In this document: positions 44,904-55,238 of the stretch, one piece after another
Position numbering within the stretch: the first letter of the stretch is position 1
How the letters are laid out: each line of letters begins with the position of its first letter
Source of the DNA: a virus
Lineage: Duplodnaviria > Caudoviricetes
IMG/VR virus record: IMGVR_UViG_3300037246_000975
Location: 1 to 56,723 of that record
DNA: 56,723 bases
Direction: 5' to 3' (one strand)
Program-made: the position numbers and the translations under genes
The notes under the pieces: model-generated
Told to the model about the DNA's origin: nothing
Databases searched by the model: none
What the model saw: the letters and a program-made list of their open reading frames with translations, nothing else

Positions 44904-46240
44904 TATTCAACTCCTTCTAATTCAGGGTATCTTGAACTCAAATAATTATTAAACCAAGTCCTGTACTCAATATCATATTTATTCATATCGGCTGTGATGT
45001 CATATAGTTTAGGAACCTGTACCGATTTTGTCATCTCTTCAAAAACAGCTTCAAAATTCCCACCAACTAAATCTCTCATACGAGCAGCCCGTCCACCCAA
45101 AGAACTATCGTGAACGGTTCCTAAAGCATATTGTACCCGTGCTCCAACTGTCTCTGTCTCCGAACCAGTTATTTTTTTCTTGCTATTAGCAAGCCCTTCT
45201 AAACTATCCCGCATCTGAGAGATACTTAGGTAAGTATCTTGCCAGAAATCAAACTCCGAAGAATCTTTTGTGGCAGCAGTTCTTCGTTCCAAAATGGCAT
45301 CTAACATACCCTCTACCGCCCCAAGGGTTTTATTAATATCCTCGGTTTTTATATCTCCCCGCTGCATTTGATCCTCTATTTTGTTGATATTCTCTGGGGC
45401 CATTTCTTCAACCGAGATGATTCCTCCATGTCGGGTAATCTGGTCTTGAAGAACCCCCATCGGGTCGGCTATTCCCTCTTTTACTTTTTCTTTCAAACCC
45501 CTATAGCGTTGTATCTCTGCGTATGCTCCTAAAACCGGGCCTTTTATTAGCATACCTTTGGCTACATCCCATTTAGATGGGATTTGCTCTTTTATGCTTT
45601 CTGGAATTGGCAAATCCATCCGCTTATCATTAGCAATAGCTTCCATTACCCGTTCTCTTGTTTTAAGATAAACATCCTTGTCTTTATCAAATCGGTCAGC
45701 CTCCTCCTCTAATATTGTTTTAGCTTTCTCCATCGAGGTTTCACGTTTGAGACTTCCTTTGATGATAGAAAGCATAGCATTTGTATTACGTTCCGCAGCA
45801 TCCATCCCCAATTCAATATTAAACCTGCGGAGGGCTTCTCGTCTTTTCTCAATTTCGTCTTTGGCTTTTCTGTCTCCCGAAATAATAGCTCTCTGTTGGT
45901 CTCGGGCAAGTTCAGCCTGCTTCGCCTGAAAATCCCGAGATGCTTCTGACATCGTTTGGGCAAACTTTCTATCTTCCCGTTTTGCTCGCTCATCCTCCGC
46001 AGCACGTTTGTCGTCCGAAGCCAGTTGAGCGGCCTGCGTACCCCGCTGTGTTTCAGCCTGCATCGTTGCTCGTTCAGTCGCTCCCCGTTCAGTCATAGCT
46101 GTCCTCCCCGCCGCTCCAGCCTCTTGCATAGCAGCAACAAGCCTACTTCCAGCCTGCTGTTTACCTCGTTGCAAAGAAGTCTGAACATAAGGACTTAGTT
46201 CACCACCGACTTGTGTAGGAGCATCTTTTGCTCTTGGCAT
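44903..46240 (-). CDS. Putative internal virion protein (coiled coil)
   Basis: 445 aa, Q/E/R/A-rich. Confidence 0.55.
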   Translation of the reverse strand: MPRAKDAPTQVGGELSPYVQTSLQRGKQQAGSRLVAAMQEAGAAGRTAMTERGATERATMQAETQRGTQAAQLASDDKRAAEDERAKREDRKFAQTMSEASRDFQAKQAELARDQQRAIISGDRKAKDEIEKRREALRRFNIELGMDAAERNTNAMLSIIKGSLKRETSMEKAKTILEEEADRFDKDKDVYLKTRERVMEAIANDKRMDLPIPESIKEQIPSKWDVAKGMLIKGPVLGAYAEIQRYRGLKEKVKEGIADPMGVLQDQITRHGGIISVEEMAPENINKIEDQMQRGDIKTEDINKTLGAVEGMLDAILERRTAATKDSSEFDFWQDTYLSISQMRDSLEGLANSKKKITGSETETVGARVQYALGTVHDSSLGGRAARMRDLVGGNFEAVFEEMTKSVQVPKLYDITADMNKYDIEYRTWFNNYLSSRYPELEGVE

Positions 46241-46265
46241 ATTTACACCTTAAAAATAAGAAATA

Positions 46266-47324
46266 TTATCTATCTACCCTAAAACCCTTCATAAATTCAG
46301 CTAACGATGGTTGGGGTTTTGAAGGTTTCGCAGCAGGAGTAGTGGCACGAGGTCGAAGAGCCTCAGCAGTTCTCGTTTCCATCCTCGCAGCCCGTTCTTC
46401 AGCAACCTGAGTTTGAACTAAATCAGATAGTAAAGTCATAAGCGGGGTAGCATCCATAGAGAAAGTCGGAGTCTCGACTATCCAATTAGCGAGATTCTCC
46501 ATCCCCGACATCCGAAGTTGTTCCACTCCAATTTCAAACTGGGATACTTTTAGGTCGTAAGCATTTTGAGCATCCGCCTTATACCGCAACATATCGACGT
46601 GCTGCTGCTCTTGAAACCCTAAATACATATTTTGCTTAGTGTAGGCTTCACTAACAACCCGTAGATAATTCTGCCCTTGTTGCTCTTGTAACTGTTGGAA
46701 GGAAGCATGAATATTGCTCTGAACAACCCCTAAAGCATTCATCTTACTCATCTGGAACTGTTCAAACTCTTTACTCTCTGCCCCATAAGTCTCGACAATA
46801 TTTCTTTCCTCAGCTCTCATAGAACCAAGAGTAGCCTGTACTGACGCTTGCATCGCGTGAGCCTTAGAAAAATCCCTATCCTTACCAATTTGAGAATTTA
46901 TATCGTCCAATTTAGACAAAACTTCCCCAACTCTACTTCTCGCAGCTTGCACATATTCATCTGCTTTTTCAGGAGCAGCGGCCCAAGCCTCACGAGCCGC
47001 CGCTGCTTTTGTAGTCACACCTTCTCGTATCTTATCTAATCTCTGCAAATACTCAACCGTTGCCCCACCCTGCATCTCAAGAGCAGTTGCAGCTTTCTCC
47101 GCCTCTTTTGTTTTAACCCCAGCCTGCCTACCATATTGAGATATAGCAGTTTCCCCTATTCCTTTATAAGCCCCTCGAAGCTCTCCAACAGCAGTTTTTG
47201 CTCCAGCCGGAATAGCAACATCCCCAACATCCCGAGTCGTTGCCGCCGTTTTCTGTATCGTCTTTTGATAAGTCTCTGGATCAAAACCCCCCGGAGTTAC
47301 AGGATTCAATACATCTTTTGCCAT
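46266..47324 (-). CDS. Putative internal virion protein
   Basis: 352 aa, Ala/Gln-rich and helical. Confidence 0.55.
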   Translation of the reverse strand: MAKDVLNPVTPGGFDPETYQKTIQKTAATTRDVGDVAIPAGAKTAVGELRGAYKGIGETAISQYGRQAGVKTKEAEKAATALEMQGGATVEYLQRLDKIREGVTTKAAAAREAWAAAPEKADEYVQAARSRVGEVLSKLDDINSQIGKDRDFSKAHAMQASVQATLGSMRAEERNIVETYGAESKEFEQFQMSKMNALGVVQSNIHASFQQLQEQQGQNYLRVVSEAYTKQNMYLGFQEQQHVDMLRYKADAQNAYDLKVSQFEIGVEQLRMSGMENLANWIVETPTFSMDATPLMTLLSDLVQTQVAEERAARMETRTAEALRPRATTPAAKPSKPQPSLAEFMKGFRVDR

Positions 47325-47364
47325 TACTATAATCCAATCTTTTTAGACAGATTCCCTTACTATT

Positions 47365-47392
47365 ATTATAGCATATTATCCAAAATTGTCAA
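47365..47392 (-). promoter_or_regulatory. sigma70-type promoter
   Basis: TTGACA-16-TATAAT with TGn extension. Confidence 0.65.
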
Positions 47393-50028
47393 GATGCACT
47401 CACCTTGCGAGAATCAGTATAGGATACCGCAAATTCAGCGTCCGTTAGTTCAAACTTCACGCCAGATGCTATCTGTTCAATATAAGGCTCTAAATCAATT
47501 CCCTCTACATTCAAGCCCTCCGCAGAATCAGCGGGGTTGGAGTCAACAGATGGATAGGCTACAGTGGATTCAATCGAGGTTCCACCGTTCCTATAAGCTC
47601 CTACACGCCATTTATCATTCGAGTTGTTGTCAAATCCTGATAATTTCCGAGCTTTCAAAGCTATCCCCGATGTAATCCACCTATTGAATCTGGATAGTTC
47701 TTCGTGCTGCAATGCCCAAGCTCTTAAAGAAAACGGCACTGGACTAACTGCATAGGTGTCGCCGGTAGCTATATCATTATCAAAGTTAGATGTAAATGTA
47801 AATACCTTTGTCGAATTATCTATCGTTGCTATCTCCCGCGAATCTCCGGCATTATCGCCAGTCACCATATATAACCTCGACCCCTCCATATCTGCGTTCA
47901 AGGTGGCATTAGCATCTGTGAGGGTTGTAGCGGATGTGGCGGTTGCAGTACCATTGAGGGTATAGGTATCGCTTAAATCCCACATCGTACCACTACCAGA
48001 CTCTAAGTTGTCTGGGCTAACGATGAGGCCGGTTGCTGTAACGAAGAAAGCCCGGTCGTTCTTTCCAGAAGAAATGTCCGGCCCAGAAGTAGCGGCTACA
48101 AAATTAGCCCCATCAAGCATCGTACACACTTGAGTGGAGTGCCATAGTATCACCATTTCTCTCCGAGTTGAGTTCAGGAAAAAAGATGCGTTCATTAGAG
48201 CGTCGTAGCAACTCTTAACTGTTGACAAATCGGATTTCCAATCATCAAACATAACTCGGTCGGCTGCCGTTATACTCGCCATGCTTCCATCTGCGGCGTT
48301 AAGAATAGACAGTCCAAGACCTGTAATCATAAATATACTATTGCCGGAGGAGTGGGCTACTTCTTTCCCTACAATTCCTCTTTTCTTGTGTAATCGGGAG
48401 AATTGTAACGGCTTGAGTTTGCCCGACTTGAAGATATGAACTATTGCATTATAACCGAGTTGAAATAAGGAATCCGATGCAGCGATAAATCTCAAAGGTC
48501 TCCCATCTTTAGGGTCTCCTATTCGTCTGTTATAGGTGCTGAAATACTCCGGGGAAACATGCTCGGGGCTACTTGATAAGGTATCATATCCACCGTCTAC
48601 ACTCGCAGCTTGGGCCATAAAGGTTACATTGCTATATCGTCCGATTGTCCCACTCTGTGGAGGTGCTGCGACAATATCTTTTTCAGGATCATACATAGTC
48701 TGAAACGGTAAAGCCTCATCAACAAGCGTACCAATATCTACCGTTAAAGTATCCCACGCTCCTGATGATGCCCAATTTCCCGTTTTAGCGATTGTTTGCT
48801 CAAGATAGAATATAGCTCCTTGTGTAACAGTTGTATTACCTAAGTCGATTGTGCGGAATATATCGACCGTATCAAACAAATCTCCAAAACCATCCCCACT
48901 ATCTGTATAAACAAATCCAGCACCGCTGTCGGGGAAGTCTATAGTAATTTTTACTTGTGTTTCAGCCTCCGCAGTAACAACGCCGCCTCCTGATAAGGTG
49001 CTTCCAGAAACAGAAATATCGTCAGTATATTGCCCAGTTTCCACTACACTAAGGTCATAAGCATTCCCAGCCGTGCCTCGTACCTTGGCCTCCAACAATA
49101 CACTTGAGGCTTGTGCCGAAGCAGTGACGGTTGCTGAACTATCCCCATTGATTGCATCAGCTAAAGCTGTCGCGTGAGATGCAACGGTAGCTGCCGCAGC
49201 AGCCGCAATCGTGACATCTGACCCGGAATCAATATATTCATAAGACCGACTATTGATTGTGAAAACATCCCCCGCGACCATTAAACCACCACCACTTCCT
49301 GCGGAGGAAAAACTTATTGTCCCTACGGCCTTGGTGGTTTTGAAGTGGTCTAAATGCACTACGAGCGGGGCACTAAGAGCACTATATATTCCTCTTTTTG
49401 AATCATAAAAACGGAAAGCGACTTGGTAAGTCCCATTCCCCCGCAACTGATAACTTGTGTCCACTGCGGAGGTATTTAGTGTTGGAGCAGTGAGTTCAGA
49501 CCCAAAATCGCCAGACCCAGAATCCACAGCCACTAAATTTGACCCGTCATAGTACACGGTTTGTGTAGCCTTGCCATCTACGGCGACAAGTAAATAGGCC
49601 CCCGAAACGGCACAATCTATTTCAAGACTTGAAGTGATACTATTTCCAGTCCCCCAAATAGCAAGTCGTAGCCAATTACTTCCATTATCCAGAGTATAAA
49701 CTAAATCAATCTGTTCATCGGATGTCCCATTTCCACTATCCCATCTAATGACAAATCCCCGATAGACGGTGGACGTACCCCGCTTTTGAAAAGTGACGTA
49801 ACGTACAAAATCCGGGCCAGAATTGGCATCTATGGCTCCCATCCCCGTCACATCATCTAAATCAAGAACCTCTTTCATCCCGTAGAATTTCCGAAGCCCC
49901 CCGAAAAATCTACCGTCTATTCCCGACAGTCTCCCAAACGACCCCGGCCTCACTTGGTTTGGAGGCACAGATTGATCCATCCGAGGTGTTCGGAAAGGAT
50001 AGGGAATATAAATTCTGTCTTCAGGCAT
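47389..50028 (-). CDS. Tail nozzle / tail tubular protein (putative)
   Basis: 879 aa, beta-rich; between the fibres and the ejection proteins. Confidence 0.55.
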   Translation of the reverse strand: MPEDRIYIPYPFRTPRMDQSVPPNQVRPGSFGRLSGIDGRFFGGLRKFYGMKEVLDLDDVTGMGAIDANSGPDFVRYVTFQKRGTSTVYRGFVIRWDSGNGTSDEQIDLVYTLDNGSNWLRLAIWGTGNSITSSLEIDCAVSGAYLLVAVDGKATQTVYYDGSNLVAVDSGSGDFGSELTAPTLNTSAVDTSYQLRGNGTYQVAFRFYDSKRGIYSALSAPLVVHLDHFKTTKAVGTISFSSAGSGGGLMVAGDVFTINSRSYEYIDSGSDVTIAAAAAATVASHATALADAINGDSSATVTASAQASSVLLEAKVRGTAGNAYDLSVVETGQYTDDISVSGSTLSGGGVVTAEAETQVKITIDFPDSGAGFVYTDSGDGFGDLFDTVDIFRTIDLGNTTVTQGAIFYLEQTIAKTGNWASSGAWDTLTVDIGTLVDEALPFQTMYDPEKDIVAAPPQSGTIGRYSNVTFMAQAASVDGGYDTLSSSPEHVSPEYFSTYNRRIGDPKDGRPLRFIAASDSLFQLGYNAIVHIFKSGKLKPLQFSRLHKKRGIVGKEVAHSSGNSIFMITGLGLSILNAADGSMASITAADRVMFDDWKSDLSTVKSCYDALMNASFFLNSTRREMVILWHSTQVCTMLDGANFVAATSGPDISSGKNDRAFFVTATGLIVSPDNLESGSGTMWDLSDTYTLNGTATATSATTLTDANATLNADMEGSRLYMVTGDNAGDSREIATIDNSTKVFTFTSNFDNDIATGDTYAVSPVPFSLRAWALQHEELSRFNRWITSGIALKARKLSGFDNNSNDKWRVGAYRNGGTSIESTVAYPSVDSNPADSAEGLNVEGIDLEPYIEQIASGVKFELTDAEFAVSYTDSRKVSAS

Positions 50029-50040
50029 CTTGTTCTCCTG

Positions 50041-51252
50041 TTAAAACAATTCTCTCCAGGTTACTTGAGCATCTATAGTCGCACTATTAGCACTACTTCC
50101 TGCGATTGTTAATGTATCTCCGGGATTTAGGATTATTTTACTTTGTATTAACCCTATTCTAAAGCTATCATTTTTACCCGCGAGAAAATCACCTTCTAAC
50201 TCTTTACCACCTGTTATTGTTCCGTCAGTATCTATTTCTATAACAGAATTATTTGTATCTATATCAGACCAAGACGGCGACCCTCCAATGGCTGCGTTCT
50301 TTATGATTCTCACAGTAGCAAGATTGTTTGTTGCGTTTGCCTCAACACTTGCCCCCACTGCCAATAAAATAACGTCTATAAAGTTGGTCTTGGTGGCATA
50401 CGCTGCTTTATTTCTAATAGTAAGTATGACTGTTTCTGCTGTTACTGTTGTTTTTTCTTTTTTTCCCGATGAGTTTTCAGGTTGGTGCAATTCTATAAAT
50501 GAAGTTCTTCCTTCTATAAAAAAAGCGTAAGATGATGACTTTATTATTAAATCATCTGTAGTAGCTTTATTATTTACCCACATTGTATAAAAGAAATTAG
50601 GATTATACACCGACGGTACTACATTAAGATTAGCATAAAGGATTGTATGAACAACAACAAGCTCTCCTGTGCTATCATCTTCTATACATAATTGAATTTT
50701 ACCCGCCCCAAGATATTGAAATCTAATTTCCCATACATTCAAATTTGTTTTAACAAGGGTCATTCCTGAAGCCCCATTACCATCCAGAGGGTCATCCCAA
50801 TTAGCTTGGGTCACTGTCACCAGTGTATCATTTACCCACCTGTGAAAACCAAAGGTAGTGCCGTTGTATCCTATACCATACCCGTTCTCAAATGCCTGAG
50901 AGCTACCTCTTTCATCCATTATACCAGCATACTGTTCTGTAGCAGCAACAGGAGAAGTAAATAATGCGGTAAACCTCATGTTCCCACCAAGTCCAGGGCG
51001 ATATTTTGCGTGCTGTTTGCTTTGGAATAGTGCTGTGCTGGCTGTGGTTATTGAACTCCCGACAACAGCCATCCCTGATGCTTGAGTTACAGTTCCCCCA
51101 TCTTCAACAGTATTTGTATTCAAATCTGTATTACTTACAGTGTATTCAAAACTTCCTTGAAATTGAGGATGTAATTCACCCACTAATGATTCGCCAAAAG
51201 CCGTTTTGACACTCTCTTTGAAAGGTTTATATGTCATTATAATATCCACCAT
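50041..51252 (-). CDS. Beta-rich virion protein (tail/fibre-associated)
   Basis: TAFGE, SK...KYRPG and FQYLGAG.I motifs seen in phage structural proteins. Confidence 0.55.
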   Translation of the reverse strand: MVDIIMTYKPFKESVKTAFGESLVGELHPQFQGSFEYTVSNTDLNTNTVEDGGTVTQASGMAVVGSSITTASTALFQSKQHAKYRPGLGGNMRFTALFTSPVAATEQYAGIMDERGSSQAFENGYGIGYNGTTFGFHRWVNDTLVTVTQANWDDPLDGNGASGMTLVKTNLNVWEIRFQYLGAGKIQLCIEDDSTGELVVVHTILYANLNVVPSVYNPNFFYTMWVNNKATTDDLIIKSSSYAFFIEGRTSFIELHQPENSSGKKEKTTVTAETVILTIRNKAAYATKTNFIDVILLAVGASVEANATNNLATVRIIKNAAIGGSPSWSDIDTNNSVIEIDTDGTITGGKELEGDFLAGKNDSFRIGLIQSKIILNPGDTLTIAGSSANSATIDAQVTWRELF

Positions 51253-53057
51253 TCTGAACCATCACTTTGAATAGTGATTGATTCATATTGTACTGTTAAA
51301 ACAGCCGTTAAACCATCATCTATTGTTTCACTTGAATTTCCATCTACCGTGACAGTATTAGCAGAGGAATCTATTTTTTTTATGTAATATATCCTACCTG
51401 TATGAGAAGCCGCCGCAGGTAATGTTATTGTAAATGCACCCCCCGAAGCATTACATAAAATAGTATAGTCAGTAGCGGTAGCAGTGTAACCACTTGTTTT
51501 AGTTCTCAGATTACCAATAAAACCTTTTGTTTCTACTGTACCCGTAAATGTCCCACCAACCCAAGTGGGACTATCCCCTGTTCCCAATCCTAAAGTAGTC
51601 GCCTGTGCCGCTGCATTTGCATCATCTAATATAGCTCGCCCTGCGGAGGTTAGAGCAGATTCGGCCCAAGTAGCTTCAGAATAAAGTGTAGTCTCTACTC
51701 CTGTATATAATCTTCCACCATCATTTCCCACTATCAAATTACTTCCATCCGCATCAGAAGCTACCCCATGCCAATCTTTATCTGCATCCCCAGCTGGTTG
51801 TTGTTCAGTCCAAGTTACTCCATAATCATCGGATGTATATAACCTTAAACTATTCCCGGCTACTAAATGACTTCCATCAGAGTCAGATGCCACTCGTCTC
51901 CATTCTTTATCTACGTCTCCGGCTGGTTGTCTCTCTGTCCAGTTAACTCCGTAGTTTGCTGATGTATATAGCCTTAAACTATTTCCCGCTATCAAATGAG
52001 ACCCATCATCGTCAGAAGCTACACTATACCAATCCTTATTAGCGGCCCCGGCTGGTTGTCTCTCTGTCCAGTTAACTCCGTAGTTAGCCGATGTATATAA
52101 CCTCCCCCCATCATTTCCAACTATTAAATGAGAACCATCAGCATCAGAAGCTACCCCCTCCCAATTTTCATCAAAGTCTCCAGCAGGTTGTCGCTCTGTC
52201 CAGTTAGCCCCAGAATTGGCAGATGTCCATAGTCTCCCAATAAATTCCCCTGCTATCAAATGACTTCCATCTGAATCAGATGCTACTCCCCACCAATTCT
52301 TATTTGCGTCTCCAGCAGGTTGTCGCTCTGTCCAGTTAGCCCCAGAATTGGCAGATGTCCATAGTCTCCCAATAGTTGCATTTCCAGCTATTAAATTACT
52401 CCCGTCATCATCGGAAGCCACCCCAGACCAATTCATATTGGTATCCCCCCCCGGTCGTCTCTCTGTCCAATTAGCTCCTGAGTCAGCCGATGTCCATAGC
52501 CTACCTGGTCTTGCCCCGGCTATTAAATGTGAGCCGTCTGCATCAGAAGCTAATCCATACCAATCTTCATTTGCATCTCCTTTGGGTTGTCTTTCTACCC
52601 AAACAATTTCGGTATATGTATTATAAGCATTGGTATAAATCAGTCTGTTGGCGGCTGTACCAAGGTCATTTATTAAATCAAGATTGTGAGGGAGTGCTGC
52701 CAAGAAATTAGAGTTCTGAGGCAGATTCAAACCCATGACAGTAATTATCCCCGGTAATCCTTGTGGCCCCGGAAGTCCTTGTAGACCTCTTGGCCCCTCT
52801 GCTCCAAAGGAAATTCCACCCCCCTCCGCAGGGATTAAACTACTGGCTAAATCTTTTAATTGAGTTTCTCGGTCGGGGATTATTCCGTAGTCCCCATACC
52901 GTCTCGCAGTGCTTCCGCCACCCCAGGGAGTAACTATTCCGAAGCCGTCTACGAATTGCGGATTATCAATCCCGGGGAGGAACAATCCTTGAAGTCGAGG
53001 GGATGGCCCTGCTGTAATGTCGCTGCTTTCTCCGGAAGAGGTAAATACTTCACTCAC
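51237..53057 (-). CDS. Tail fibre / receptor-binding protein with collagen-like stretch and 7-blade Asp-box (BNR) propeller
   Basis: GPRGLQGLPGPQGLPG; seven roughly 44-aa repeats (WTERQPAG...VASD.DGS.LI.G...RL.TS...G.N); C-terminal TITLPAA...G..Y.IKK.D domain. Confidence 0.75.
   Translation of the reverse strand: MSEVFTSSGESSDITAGPSPRLQGLFLPGIDNPQFVDGFGIVTPWGGGSTARRYGDYGIIPDRETQLKDLASSLIPAEGGGISFGAEGPRGLQGLPGPQGLPGIITVMGLNLPQNSNFLAALPHNLDLINDLGTAANRLIYTNAYNTYTEIVWVERQPKGDANEDWYGLASDADGSHLIAGARPGRLWTSADSGANWTERRPGGDTNMNWSGVASDDDGSNLIAGNATIGRLWTSANSGANWTERQPAGDANKNWWGVASDSDGSHLIAGEFIGRLWTSANSGANWTERQPAGDFDENWEGVASDADGSHLIVGNDGGRLYTSANYGVNWTERQPAGAANKDWYSVASDDDGSHLIAGNSLRLYTSANYGVNWTERQPAGDVDKEWRRVASDSDGSHLVAGNSLRLYTSDDYGVTWTEQQPAGDADKDWHGVASDADGSNLIVGNDGGRLYTGVETTLYSEATWAESALTSAGRAILDDANAAAQATTLGLGTGDSPTWVGGTFTGTVETKGFIGNLRTKTSGYTATATDYTILCNASGGAFTITLPAAASHTGRIYYIKKIDSSANTVTVDGNSSETIDDGLTAVLTVQYESITIQSDGSEWWIL
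51700..52602 (-). repeat. Seven tandem coding repeats of about 129-135 bp
   Basis: Includes a 67-nt identical pair at 52176-52242 and 52308-52374. Confidence 0.9.
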
Positions 53058-53059
53058 AA

Positions 53060-54523
53060 CTATCTCCCTCGATAACGTCTATTATTATAAGAATCCGACT
53101 TATCAAGAGGGGCATCTGGAATATAGGCGTAGTATGCAGTTAATCTAATATTCCGAATTTCGTTGCGGTAAGCCTTGAGAATACTTGAAGCTCTTTTAGC
53201 ATTGCCTTCGATGGCTACAATTCGCCAAGCCGCATACAAGGCAACGACGGCATCCATTCCTTTATTAATCGCCGGAGCAATCTCGTAGTAAATATTACTA
53301 CCTGTTGGAATCGGGCTAAGAGGAGCATCAAGCGTAGCCTCTCTGGAAGTTTCATCATAGGCCGTTATTACTCGTTCTTGTAGGTAATTTCCTGTTCCAT
53401 CCGACCCTAAAATTCGGAATATACTACCCGCATAAGCCTCGTGATGTGTATCGAGAGTTCCAGCATTCGGAGTAGCCCCAAATGTAACGACAGTTCCAGC
53501 AGCATTAAGGGTGCATGTTCCATTATGAAGCCTCGCAATTCCTGATGGGATATACTCTATTGTTACTTCAGTTCCTACACTATATAAGTCAACAGTTTGA
53601 ATATGAAGAGTTTGATTCTCAATCCACATACCTCGACCAAATGAATTGAATTTACTTCTGGAACCATAAAAGGCTTTTGTTCCAGTATCATCTGTTGTAT
53701 AGATTCCATGAACAGACCCAACAGTGTGCGGTAATGGATATGTTGTAGTTCCACTGGCTATTGTCTTGGTGATCTTCGCAACAGCCGGTGTCCGGGAATT
53801 TCTATTTTTCTCATTAAGAACCAGTATATATGCTTTTTCAAGATGGGTTATAATCCTTGAATCCGAATATTTGGCCGCAATGATTGGCTCATCTGTACTT
53901 TCTCGTGCATCGGTTATAGCCCTCGATAAGAAACTATCGGAGTAGAACGCACTCGAACCGGCACTTGTGGCTGAAGCAATATCTTTTGTAAAAGCTACAC
54001 TACCTGATGCGGCGGTAAACGAAGATGACGCAAATGTATAACCAGAAAGATTACAGAAAATATAGTATGTCGTATATTCCAGATTAAATACAATTTGACC
54101 ATTCGTATCGGTAATTTTGGTTCCTGCTACAGATCCCGAGCGACTATTAGAACTGTTGACCCATACTGAAATTCCAGAAACAGCAGTCCCACCAGTAGTC
54201 CGAATTGTCAGAGTAACCTCATAATCCCCAGGAGTATATGAAGATGTATAAACAGCTTCGGGAACCCCTCTAACCTGAATGTTTCCAGTCGAACTTGCTG
54301 GGGCAATAAGAAGTAAATCTCCATTGGATTCGGCTTGTGTTATATCGAAAATATAATAACCATCTTCCAACTCGGTCGGATTCGTATCATCTACTGGATT
54401 GGCTGACGCTCCGTCTATCCGTAAGTTGGCAGTTATATTTGCAGCGTCTCCTGTTTTCGGGTTGAGACTTGTAGTGTCCCACGCATACACTACCCACTTC
54501 TGGCTTGCGACATTTTTTCTCAT
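53060..54523 (-). CDS. Head-tail adaptor-like protein with extra N-terminal beta domains (putative)
   Basis: C-terminal half has adaptor-like features (YSDSRII..L..AY, GTTTYPLP, VALYAAWRI); N-terminal MRKNVASQ...GYY.F.ITQAE module. Confidence 0.5.
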   Translation of the reverse strand: MRKNVASQKWVVYAWDTTSLNPKTGDAANITANLRIDGASANPVDDTNPTELEDGYYIFDITQAESNGDLLLIAPASSTGNIQVRGVPEAVYTSSYTPGDYEVTLTIRTTGGTAVSGISVWVNSSNSRSGSVAGTKITDTNGQIVFNLEYTTYYIFCNLSGYTFASSSFTAASGSVAFTKDIASATSAGSSAFYSDSFLSRAITDARESTDEPIIAAKYSDSRIITHLEKAYILVLNEKNRNSRTPAVAKITKTIASGTTTYPLPHTVGSVHGIYTTDDTGTKAFYGSRSKFNSFGRGMWIENQTLHIQTVDLYSVGTEVTIEYIPSGIARLHNGTCTLNAAGTVVTFGATPNAGTLDTHHEAYAGSIFRILGSDGTGNYLQERVITAYDETSREATLDAPLSPIPTGSNIYYEIAPAINKGMDAVVALYAAWRIVAIEGNAKRASSILKAYRNEIRNIRLTAYYAYIPDAPLDKSDSYNNRRYRGR

Positions 54524-54526
54524 TTT

Positions 54527-54685
54527 TTACTTTCTCAGTAAAACAATAATTAATCCAACAACGGTCATAATCAAAGGTATCGTCAGCATCCAATGATGCT
54601 TGATATGATTACCAAAATGTTTTGTAAGACTACATACTCGCTCATCTATTCTTACCAGCAGGTCGTGTTCTTCGGTATCAAGCAT
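54527..54685 (-). CDS. Small single-TM protein, holin/XhlA-like (52 aa)
   Basis: Hand-translated MLDTEEHDLLVRIDERVCSLTKHFGNHIKHHWMLTIPLIMTVVGLIIVLLRK. Confidence 0.65.
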   Translation of the reverse strand: MLDTEEHDLLVRIDERVCSLTKHFGNHIKHHWMLTIPLIMTVVGLIIVLLRK

Positions 54686-55115
54686 CACTGTGTTCTTTCA
54701 AATACGAGATCGCATTTACAAGTAAAGAAATTTCATCTGAAAAGAATCCAATACCTGTATTACAATTTCGACACAAAAGCCCTCTAATTTTTCCGGTCTT
54801 GTGGTTGTGGTCAACAGCCAATCGTTGGCCTGTTTTACATTTCTTACCACAAATAGCACATAACCCATTTTGTAAGGAAAAAATATGATTGTATTCTGCT
54901 AAAGTTAAATTAAAACAATACTTGATTCTGGCTTTCCTAGCAGCGTGTAATCCTTTCTTACTGTGTCCATATTTTTGTTGAGACCTGATTTTCGGTTTTT
55001 GACACTGGGAACACACACCAACTCTTTTTTTTGGATTATACTTATTCTGTCTGAAATTAATAATCGGCAATAGCCGTTTGCAATGATAACACTTTTTCAA
55101 ATCGTGGTCATTCAT
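54678..55115 (-). CDS. Endonuclease VII-like homing endonuclease
   Basis: QNGLCAICG, LAVDHNHKTGKIRGLLCRNCN.GIG, A..YL motifs; N-terminal CxxC...CxxC. Confidence 0.9.
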   Translation of the reverse strand: MNDHDLKKCYHCKRLLPIINFRQNKYNPKKRVGVCSQCQKPKIRSQQKYGHSKKGLHAARKARIKYCFNLTLAEYNHIFSLQNGLCAICGKKCKTGQRLAVDHNHKTGKIRGLLCRNCNTGIGFFSDEISLLVNAISYLKEHSDA

Positions 55116-55237
55116 TTATGAACTCCTTTTATCGTCCCGGCTTTTTCGGAAGCGAAGAACACACTTTTGCCTTTTTTCTCTCCATATTTTTTAATCATTG
55201 CCGCAATAATTTCAGTCCCTTTTTTAGTTTTGGGCAT
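55112..55237 (-). CDS. Small basic phage protein (41 aa)
   Basis: Hand-translated MPKTKKGTEIIAAMIKKYGEKKGKSVFFASEKAGTIKGVHK; AGGAG RBS. Confidence 0.7.
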   Translation of the reverse strand: MPKTKKGTEIIAAMIKKYGEKKGKSVFFASEKAGTIKGVHK

Positions 55238-55238
55238 T

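Noticed and set aside
51237-53057. Diversity-generating retroelement target
   Set aside because: No reverse transcriptase and no adenine-specific TR/VR pair; the repeats are in-frame propeller blades.
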